64,000 nucleotides of DNA from Rhynchopus sp. YZ270_cl-10. Its lineage: Eukaryota. The notes beneath the pieces were generated by a model. The model did no database searches, had not been told where the DNA came from, and saw only the letters and a list, made by a program, of their open reading frames with translations. The stretch is from NCBI GenBank assembly GCA_964035575.1, contig OZ037838.1:310001-374000 (forward strand), in the 5' to 3' direction. Shown here one piece after another: positions 54,628 to 64,000 of the stretch (its first letter is position 1; each line of letters opens with the position of its first letter). A program made the position numbers and the translations under genes.

Positions 54628-56848
54628 GGTGTTTCGAAAAGACCAGGTTGTGCACAACACCGTTCCATTCAAATAAAGGACAGTGTCTGCGCTTATAAAT
54701 ACCAAATTTTCAGAGAAAAAATGGGGGAAAAAAACAAAAAAGAAAATAGAAAATAGAAAAAAGAGAAAAAATTATGATATCACAGAGCGGAAAATGCCGG
54801 TACACTTGCATGCAGACGTCTGAAGCGAGTGTTAAAAAGAAAATGTTATGGAGTGAACCTTGCGGATACTCGATCGTTCAAAAAAATTTTTTTTTGTTTG
54901 ATTATAGACTACTATCGCTCTTGATAGAAGACACAATTTTTCTTCACAGGATCCTAAAAAGAAAGCATCTGTGGATACTCGATCGTTCAAAAAAAAAGTT
55001 TATAAGATGAACCTAAGCCTCTCGTGCTTAGTCACCTTGTCATAATATAAACAGAAGCCTTACTCTGCTGTCAGCAAAATTTATAGAAAAAAAAAAGGGG
55101 GGTTTTTATTTTTGTTTTTAATGCACGCAATAGATTCCCCAGAACAGGGCTAAGCCTCTTTGTGCTTAGTCACCTTTAATTTTTGCTTTGGTTCCCCCTT
55201 GATTTATAAAAAAAAATATTTCACAAAAATAGCCACGTTTTTTTCCCCCCTATCTGAGGCCAATTCCCATGCGAAAAGAGAACCTAAAGAAGCAGAGGCT
55301 GGAAATATGGGGCACCAAATTTTTTTGTTTTAGCTACAATAGTCACACTGAGAGGAAAATAATGGGATTGGATTTGCTATCCCACCTGGACCACCGTGTT
55401 GGCAGTCCCTGAACTAAAGACATCGTATCTCACATTGCACGCAACGTGCATGCACCACTACAGACCCACAAAATACGAAAATAAAGCAAAAGTTATTGCT
55501 GCAGGACACCCTCCGTGACTGAATAGCGTATTGTACGACAGCCTCGGATGAAAAATCATAACCAAAAAAAAAGACAGAATAAGATGAACCTACGCCTCTC
55601 ATTGACACCTCAAAAGAAAAGGTTGGAAAAGGAGAGATGCATATGTCCTCACGTGCACATGCTCCACTATCCATGTTTTTTGTTTGTTTGAAAGTGAAGT
55701 TGACAGTGCAAACGCCTCTGGGACGCAGGCACTGACACTCCGCGGGTTATCGAACCCCGGAGTGATGCGCATGGGAGTGGTTTACAGGGAAGCTGTAGGC
55801 AGGTATACAGTCATTACCCCACCCTTTGAAAACTTGGTTGTATTAGTGTAGACACCCGAGGATGACCTCCACCATAATTTTATTTGATTTAAGACAACTA
55901 TCACAAGTAGTGTAGTTTGCCTCGGTTGTGTTGCCAGTTGCGCAATCTCCACATTTCCCTTTTTCTTGAAAAACAAAAACAAAAAAACAAAAAACAAAGA
56001 AGAGCAAATTGTATCGGATATTCTTTCACAACTAAGACACGTTATTTTCCCCTATCAGCCCTCACAATAAATGCGAACTCATTCTTGGGCTAGATGGCAA
56101 AGGTTGGAAGAGAACCAAAAAAGATCACTATTCTTGAAGGTCTGGGCTGGAAAAATACTAGATCATATCAGCGACATGCAAGACGAAAAGCAAACACAGA
56201 CACCATCCTTAACAGAAAGCTTGGCTGTTTCAGAGTTGGTATGTGTGTCTTCGTTGTTGTTGCAACTGCGCCTTTTTGTACCGTAACTGTAAATATATTG
56301 GACCGTAAAAATGTTGAGACAGCCCAAAAAAAGGCTCGTTCTTCCCAACATTATTACGGTCCAACATATTTACAGTTACAGTATAACGAAAGAAATTGGT
56401 TCATGTACTTTCGAATAAAAAAAAAGTGTGATAACGTGGAGACACCTCACCTCGGATGCAGGTATGTGCAGAAATAAAACTTTTTGCCGGTTTTTTCGAA
56501 TAGAGTTCAAAACATTTTTTTTGTGAGGAAATCGTGTCTTTTCTTTTTTTTTCTTTTTTTTTTCTTCTCGAAAACTTATTGTTAGTGTGCCACCCGAGGA
56601 TGAGATACACTATACTATATTTTTTTCCTTTGTCAAAAACAAATCAAAAAAAAAAGTCACAAAAAAAGCATTTATAACAAGCTATACCTCGCTCTTCGCA
56701 GAGGGTTTGGGTGAGTGTGCAATACACTCTCTCTCGAGAGCGGCGTGCAGTAGCCTCCCCTTTTGGTTGTTCGTTCGGAAAAAGAAAAAAAAAGAAAAAG
56801 AAAAAGGTTGGTAACATGATTCTAAATCAATGACGCAAGAATTTTTCC

Positions 56849-56879
<31 letters not shown>

Positions 56880-57173
56880 TAGGCTTTTTTTGTGCAGATT
56901 GTGGCAACAATCCGTACAAAACAAAACAAAACAAAAATTAGGGTAGTTGTTAATGCAGGCATCTCCGACTGACACTGTACGATGCCAGCCATCCAGAAAG
57001 CATAAAACAACAAATTCCTCAAAAGAAAAAAAAATGAGTACAAAAGACTTCTGCAAATCAGTTTATTTCTCATCCCATGTGGGTACATGGTTTCTATGTC
57101 TTGGTATTATTGTTTTTTGAAAACTTGGTTGTATTAGTGTAGACACCCGAGGATGAACTCCACTACACAAAAC

Positions 57174-58091
57174 CAGGGTCCTAGCTCAGTAGAACGGAAA
57201 AGGTGGCCCACCTTTTCCGTTTTTTTTTTTTTTTTTTGGGTTTTTTTTACACGGTGCAAAAAACCGGTTGGCCAAGGAGGTCCTCAGTGTCGTCAGCCAG
57301 TCCCCTTTGCTGTTAAAAACAGCGACTTGGCGTGGTCAATTTTTCCGCGCGAACAGGGATTACGCTCCACGTGTGGAACGTATGGAAATCCATACGTGAA
57401 TTGTTTTTGAAAAGGTGGAATCCATACGTGTCCATACGTGTCCATACGTAGGTAATTTGGGTTTTGGATTGGGGCTGGGGTGGGGTAGGTGAGGAGTGGG
57501 GCTCCGCCCCCACCTCTCACCTACCCCCTACAGAATTCTATTTGTAGGAGACAATTTTCTATTTTACCGGAAAAGGAGCATGCAGCATGGCGAAAGAAAA
57601 AAGTAGCGTACCGTGCGCCTGCGGCGCTAGATTGCAATACACCCTTCCCATGACATAATAGGCAATTTTAAGCGCAATTTTTAGAAATGTTGCGTACCGT
57701 GGCTTCGCCAGAAACTTTCGTTTTAGAAAAATATGGAAGTAAAGTTTACGGAACTGGACCATAGTTACCAACGAAAGTGCCATTTTATGTCAAGATTTTT
57801 TAAAAATGTTGCGTACCGTGGCTTCGCCAGGAACATTTGGATGCCATGACTGATGATTTCTCCAGTTCTTCGAACTTTCACAGCCCTTCTCAACCAACTT
57901 TGCCAGGGAGAGCGCGCGCGAAGCGCGCGCGGTTTTTAATTGTTTTTGCTTAGAATTGTACGTGTTGAAAATCCATACGTACTTTTTTTATTTTTGGGGG
58001 AGCTGCGTAATCCCTGCGCGCGAAGCGCAGAAAAAATTTTTTTGAGCCACCTTTTCCGTTTCTTTTTTTTTTCTTCTGAGCTAGAACCCTG
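57174..58091. mobile_element. CAGGG-terminal MITE (outer) with 7-bp TSD
   Basis: 16-bp TIR cagggtcctagctcag / ctgagctagaaccctg; TSD acaaaac at 57167-57173 and 58092-58098; subterminal acggaaaaggtggc IR. Confidence 0.88.
57354..58016. mobile_element. hAT-like MITE (inner, 663 bp) with 8-bp TSD
   Basis: 12-bp TIR cagggattacgc / gcgtaatccctg; TSD cgcgcgaa at 57346-57353 and 58017-58024; tccatacgt subterminal repeats. Confidence 0.88.
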
Positions 58092-58938
58092 ACAAAACGC
58101 TGTTTTTTTTTTTTTTTTTTGTATTTTTAGTGTATTTGTTCAGCTTGTATTTTTTTGTTATTCTTTTCTTTTTTTCAGTATTCGCTGTCAGTCGAACACA
58201 AATAAATGAAATATGAAGCACGGCAATCAAAAAAAAAAAAACCCGGGCTATTGGGGGAAGAACAGAGTTGTCGTTTTTTTTTTTTTTTTTGCAGACAACA
58301 ACGCAGTGTAACGCAGCGTAACGCAGTGCAACGGAGTGTTGTTAGGAAATAATACAAACCGTAAGGATCGGTCCTTTTTGGAATCGAAGGATGAAAATTA
58401 TGTGTATAAATTCGATGTTCTTGTATTTGTTCCTCTCTCCCTTTCTCCCCAACCTGTGCTCCCCGACTCCAATTCAACCAACACTCACAGACGGGGCCAA
58501 AACGAACTCTGCGTTCAGTAAATATTTAAGAAAAAAAAAAGGGGAAGCGTTCAATGAAATCATTTGTGTAGAAAAGTATCGAGGATGTAGGTTTTATTAT
58601 TTTTCCCTTCTTTTTTTCTTTTTTTCTTGTGAAAAATTGTTGGAATAGTGGAGTTGCCACCTGTGTGCAAGAATCCTCCACTTTCCCTTTGTTCACTCAC
58701 ATAACACTTTTTTTTTTTCCCCCTTCTGAAAACTTGGTAGCAACGCACTCGAGAATACGCCCCACCTTTTTTTTACTGATTTTGTTTTTTTTTTGATATT
58801 TTTTTTTTTTTTGACAGAAATCCCTTTTACACAATGTCGCAGAAAACACACACAGTATTTTCTCTTAACATTGGTCCACTCTGGTTGTCATCGTTCAATA
58901 AGGAAACCATTTGGCTCTGAGACCTGGCAACTAGAACC

Positions 58939-59814
58939 TCAACTCATAAAAAACCCACAGCTCCTCTCCCAGGAACGCTCTTCTCTGGAATACTCAGTTT
59001 GCGTGACCTCGCCTGTCGTCTCACACTTCCATTCACCGAGCCCTTGGATAACGCTGTTTAGCATGAATGGGTCCAGCCCGGCCACTTCATCTTCCGCTGT
59101 TGAGGTGGGGCAACGTTCCGTTCTATCTGCAGGGCTGAATGGATAGGAAATCTCATTCGCACACCGTGGCGTATACACTGTGGAGTATTGGCTAGAGTTC
59201 TCATGAGGGAACCCAAAGGACTCTGAAAAACAGGACATCGGGCTTTCTGGAAGATTCGCAACGTTCTTCTCCCAGGCAAGATCGGTTGCCAGCGCGCGAA
59301 CCGATAATTCCTCGTTTTGCACCGCGCCGTTGAGCATGAATGCAAGCAGACGCTGTTCTGCGGTTTCCTCGTCTTCTTCGTCTTCATCGTCATCAGAGAT
59401 GCCAGGGGATTCACAGATGGATCTGCCTGAAAGAAGCCGTTCGTTTTCCTCTGCCGTTGTTGCCGATGCGGTGTACGATACGAAGGGAGCAAGCTGGCCG
59501 CAGAGGGGTAGTGTCCTGTTGTAACGCAGGTAGCGTCCGTTGCGGTGCTGGCAGAAGGTTACGTCAAAGTCGTCGTTGTCGCCCAGCATGTCCCCAGAGG
59601 CAACATTCAGTGCAGATTTCACCTCATCCAAGATGCGCTCCTCATCGATCAGAGAGCCTATTGTCATATCCCCCAGCAGACCTTGCATCTCATGAAGCCG
59701 TGCGGTGTCCTGTTGCAGTTGGATCAAACATGGTGGCAACACTACTTCTTGGTCTTCAAACACAGGCTGTTCGCTGCGGTCAAGGACAAGCGTGGTAAAC
59801 GTGAAGATCGACAT
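58939..59814 (-). CDS. Hypothetical acidic protein (291 aa)
   Basis: ATG ORF, coding-like composition, host strand; no family recognised. Confidence 0.7.
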   Translation of the reverse strand: MSIFTFTTLVLDRSEQPVFEDQEVVLPPCLIQLQQDTARLHEMQGLLGDMTIGSLIDEERILDEVKSALNVASGDMLGDNDDFDVTFCQHRNGRYLRYNRTLPLCGQLAPFVSYTASATTAEENERLLSGRSICESPGISDDDEDEEDEETAEQRLLAFMLNGAVQNEELSVRALATDLAWEKNVANLPESPMSCFSESFGFPHENSSQYSTVYTPRCANEISYPFSPADRTERCPTSTAEDEVAGLDPFMLNSVIQGLGEWKCETTGEVTQTEYSREERSWERSCGFFMS

Positions 59815-60104
59815 CAGAGTATGAGATGGAGGAAGAGCGGATAGGAGAAGGGGTTGGGAGGTGGGAGTAGGGGTAAAAGAAAGCGAAGTACAATCTGGTT
59901 GGGTGGTGTTGGGTGTTGGGTGAAAGTGGGGGGGTAGAGGGGGTGTGTCAGAAGGGGGTTTCTAAATCGTGAATTCGTGGTTTTTTTAAAAGAGGGGAAA
60001 AGAACTGAGCGGATCGAGCACCACCCTCCCTGGTTTGGGGTTATATTCATCATGATCACCACCCTCCCTGCCCCCTGCTTCCCTCCCCTCCTCTGGTTCA
60101 CACA

Positions 60105-60262
60105 TCAGTCACTGTTGTGTGGGTACAGATGTTGTGTCACGATGACGCCAGGTGATTGGCCATCTCGTGATTCCAAAACCACAACAACACGTGAACACGG
60201 CGATATCGTAAAGGAGTCTGAATAGAAGACTGAGCTTTGCGGTATCACACGCACACAGGACA
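60105..60262 (-). pseudogene. 3'-terminal fragment of a sixth UBL-WD40 paralogue
   Basis: LSCVRVIPQSSVFYSDSFTISPCSRVVVVLE...VIVTQHLYPHNSD*; preceded by the family spacer (60270-60448). Confidence 0.85.
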
Positions 60263-60448
60263 GGACAGGGTGGGCAGCGTGTGAGGTGGGCGACCTGTGG
60301 CAGGCAAACAAGAGAAAAGCAGTAACAGGGCTGAAAAGGGGGGGTTTCTTGGGGGTGTTTTGAGGGTCTCGGAGGGGTATTTTTTTTTTTGCGCTGTGAC
60401 GCTGGGGAATATTCATCACCACCCACCCTCCCCTCCCCTGGTCACACA

Positions 60449-61573
60449 TCAGTCACTGTTGTGTGGGTACAGATGTCTTGTCGCAATGACGCCACCTGGT
60501 TGCATAACAACAACAACACGTGAACACGGCGATATTGCAAAGGAGTCTGAATAGGAGACTGAGGTTTGCGGTATCACACGCACACAGGACATGGTAGCCA
60601 CATCATACTGGATATCGTAATTAGGAAAATCTCTGTCACCAGCATCAGATTCCATACCCTCTATCATCACCACAAGGTACTTCCCACACGGGGTGAACTG
60701 CATGCCCCAGAGATCCCCATCCACATCAACACTGCGAAGAGCCGCACCACTCCAATCATAGAGCTGCACGGTGTTGTCCGCCCCCACAGCAAAGACAGAG
60801 GCAGACCGTGAAAGCGCCACTCCTTCGCACCATCGCTCAGGCACAGGCACACATGCAACAGAAACACCTGTGTTAACATCCCACAGACGTACATTGGTGT
60901 CCTTGTTGGAGGAGGTGATCACCCACCCACCACAGTCAGACACTGCCACATTCCTGCACTCTTCGATCGAGAGAAAGCGGAGCAACGTCAGGCCTTCGTC
61001 ATACACAGAGACGCCGTCTTTGCCCTGGGAGACAACAACACTGCCACAGGAGAACACTGCGTACAAGAAGCAGGCGACTTTGCGGACCACCTTCCCACCC
61101 GGAAGCGCAACCTCGAGAAGCCAATCCCCACACGCCAGGTAGCAGCGTGTCTTGCACTGCGAGATGGCAGGCGCAGCGACCACTTTAGTGCCCACGTCAA
61201 ACGAGAAGACAGTGTCGAAGGTTTCTGTGTCGAAGCCACCGACGTACCCAGTCCCGTTACTGTGGACGCAGAGTGACCCACAACGCGACAGCGTCAACGA
61301 CATCGCTTGCGGCTCAACACTGTACTCAGCAGGACACTTGATGTCGGCCAAGCGAGGGCAGGCAAGCACAACCTGCACCCCTGCACAAAACGCAGTGTCC
61401 TGCAGACGGCACGTCCCCTCCAGCACCTGCGTGCCGATGCGCATCTCGACAGACGCAGGCGAGACAGCAAGCGCCGTGCACGCAACCTCCTTTGCCGCTG
61501 CAACGTCCGCCTCGCACGGCACCTCCACTGTCGCAGTCACGCCTGACTCTTCCAGCACAAAGGTCACATCCAT
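60449..61573 (-). CDS. UBL-WD40 paralogue P5 (374 aa)
   Basis: Intact ATG ORF, same architecture; different 5' flank from P1-P4. Confidence 0.9.
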   Translation of the reverse strand: MDVTFVLEESGVTATVEVPCEADVAAAKEVACTALAVSPASVEMRIGTQVLEGTCRLQDTAFCAGVQVVLACPRLADIKCPAEYSVEPQAMSLTLSRCGSLCVHSNGTGYVGGFDTETFDTVFSFDVGTKVVAAPAISQCKTRCYLACGDWLLEVALPGGKVVRKVACFLYAVFSCGSVVVSQGKDGVSVYDEGLTLLRFLSIEECRNVAVSDCGGWVITSSNKDTNVRLWDVNTGVSVACVPVPERWCEGVALSRSASVFAVGADNTVQLYDWSGAALRSVDVDGDLWGMQFTPCGKYLVVMIEGMESDAGDRDFPNYDIQYDVATMSCVRVIPQTSVSYSDSFAISPCSRVVVVMQPGGVIATRHLYPHNSD

Positions 61574-63164
61574 TGTTTTTGTCTTCTTATGCTGAGTGAT
61601 CAGGTGTGTTTAGTTATATTTTGCATAATTTTTGGTGAATTACGTGGGCTGTTGGCGTGTAACAACAGAGTACAAAAACTGACACCACTATTTATCTTTG
61701 GTGTTTCCACCACACTCCCACGAGGCTGTGAAGACGAACCACAATAACAAGCAAACGAAGAAGCCGATCGAGGTGACAAAGGCGACTAAGGCACAGAGAC
61801 ATCATCACACGTCCACTACGAAAAGATGTCCACCGCTCTTCTCAGGGACCACAAACGCCTTGAGCACCATCTTCTGTTGGTACTCAACCCTGTGGTGTAC
61901 TCCAAAACGCCTTCAAATAGATGCTCCGCCCAGATCAGTCCAAGCTGTCCCGCATCGGCACGCCGGTATAGTAGGAAAGAAGAGGAGAAGAAATATATGA
62001 GTGGGGGATTAAAAAGGCAGCGTGAACTTTGTTTTTTACGGGATCTCTTATTTTTGTTGCGGTCTTTTTTTAGAGCCCTTTGAGAGCAATGATGTTTTTA
62101 TGCTCTCATTAATACTTTTTCCGAAGAAGCTGGTCGATGACAGTCCATGAAGACGGTCCATGCCCTTTCAAACGCCTGTTCGAAAGGGCTTCACTTCCCT
62201 ACAGTACCCAGTGCCATTCAGTTTCAAAAAAAAAGAAATATAGTACTTCAGCATGTGCAATCAATAAATAGTACAAAAAGAAAAGAAAAGAAAAGAAATG
62301 CTCGAGAGACTCGTTACTCTTTGCTTGTTGATCAAAAGGCTAAAAACGGGAAGAGGAAAAATTAAGGTTGTTTGTTCTTCGCTTCCACACCAATTCTGTT
62401 TCAGATGCAAGTCTTTAGGCCGTCCTTACAAGCGCCCGCCAAAACGCTGGGTGGACTTATTTTGTTTATATAGATTGTAGGAGTACTGTAGTTGCCTCGG
62501 TTATGTTGCCACAGTACTGAGCTCGTCGCTCAGTGAGTCGGCCTCCCCGTAAGAGGAACAAGTTATCAGTTGACATCGTCCCCGACAGTTGTTCGGTAAC
62601 ACCAAAAAAGGAAAGTACAAATTCATATCATACATTCCATGACTTTGCGTATAGAAAAGCCTGTTTCTGGAGCCAGTTTAAAGTGATAAAAAATCCGCCA
62701 AAAAAATGTTGCGACCCCGGAATTTTTTCAGATCGATCCGGAAATTCACTTCCGCCCATTTTCGGGGATCAACAATGCACGACCTGGGTCGCAAATGCAA
62801 CTGTCCGTGGACAGATGGATTTTATGAATTTTACCCCCCGATTTTTTTTTTTGGGGATATGCAATATACAAGGAAAGTTTCTGTCGCGATGAAGGGGATA
62901 AGTATCCCTCACCAGTTCTTTTTACCCCCTAGCAACCCAACCCCACCCCCTATAGACAGCCCCTCCCATCCCATGTCTGTGCTCCGCACCAGTCCACAAA
63001 CTTCACAGAATTCTACAAGACATGTTCACAACAATCAAACGAGACGATTTGGGTTTTTCTGTACTTCAGTGATAATACAAGTCATGATCACAACAACCAA
63101 AGGGAAGAGACGAGTTGGGTAGAGTCGATCAACACGGTGTTTTAAAAAAAAAAAAAAAAAAAAA

Positions 63165-63495
63165 AGGGTAAACAGGGTACCACGGGTAGAAGAGAAGAAA
63201 GGATAACAAGGTAAATACGAGTAGATGGGGGCTAGGTAAACAGGGTTACTAGCAGGTTAACAGAGTACTACGGGAAGACGAGAGAACAGCCAGGAAACAA
63301 GGTCAATACCGGTAGATGGGGGCTAGGTAAACAGGGTTACTAGCAGGTGAACAGAGTATTACGGGAAGACAAGAGAAAAAGGAAACATGAAAAGGGGAAA
63401 AATAGGTATCAGGGGCTAGGTAAACAGGGTTACTAGCAGGAAAAGAGAATACCACGGGAAGACAAAAAGCCAGGTAAACAGGGTCACGAGCAGGG
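63165..63495. repeat. Degenerate tandem repeat (~55-95 bp period) with core ggtaaacagggt
   Basis: Core at ~63167, 63235, 63326, 63419, 63473; gggggctaggtaaacagggttactagcagg three times. Confidence 0.75.
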
Positions 63496-64000
63496 AACAG
63501 GGAAGGTAGGTGACCGGGAAGCCACAGGGAAGGAATGGGGTGAACGAGAGAGTATAAGAAACATGACGAAGATCATGAATAATATGGGGAATAAAGGAGG
63601 CTTCTGGGGGGACGGGATACACGGACTGCATTTAACCGGACTATTACGATGGGGTTATCACGATGACTATGCGTGGGAAGGCGGGGGGAAGACTATGCAT
63701 GGAGTAGCGCGCGGGTGGCTGGACGCATTCTCTGCCGTGGGGTGGGTGTGCACGTACTGCTGCTGAGAGGCGATTGCAGAAGGAGGAGGCGAAGAATGTC
63801 GCGACGGTAGTGAGCAACGAGGAGTAGGGCTACCACCCGCGGCAGCCGGAAAGGACCGTCCACCAGCTCAAGAGGGTGGCGGCGATGCGCGCGTTTACTT
63901 TAAGGAAATCATGAACTCCCGACGAGCACGTTCGCAATGTTACTGCCATGGTGCCTCTTTGCTGCAGTCTGGCAGCCTATCTGGTACAGTTCTCATCTTA

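Overview
Eukaryotic nuclear DNA, most likely a euglenozoan (diplonemid-like). The embedded LSU rRNA piece and the EF-2 fragment resemble kinetoplastid/euglenozoan sequences as I recall them, every recognisable host gene lies on the minus strand (polycistronic-style), and FCF1 has canonical GT-AG introns. Host genes: five paralogues plus a 3' fragment of a ubiquitin-like + 7-bladed WD40 family whose differences cluster in the predicted top-face loops and are shared mosaically; a 4-exon FCF1/UTP24; three ERG25-like sterol oxidase/hydroxylase paralogues; a thyroglobulin-1 + degenerate SOD-fold membrane protein; a large membrane protein; a PI-PLC X-domain protein; and two hypotheticals. Mobile/repeat content is very rich: an apparently intact 5.0-kb tyrosine-recombinase retrotransposon (gag-YR-RT/RNaseH, split direct repeats, VIPER/TATE-like order) with a two-stop, dual-frame layout; a CACTGTG-terminated element with 337-bp TIRs carrying a Transib/RAG1-like C-terminal transposase fragment; a piggyBac derivative; two TAGGGGAG-terminated elements with 11-bp TSDs; nested MITEs; a 54-bp hairpin minisatellite; a ~620-bp 28S rRNA fragment inserted cleanly into one WD40 paralogue; a decayed EF-2 fragment; and several short dispersed repeat families all in one orientation. 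All assignments are by-eye motif recognition; no searches were run.
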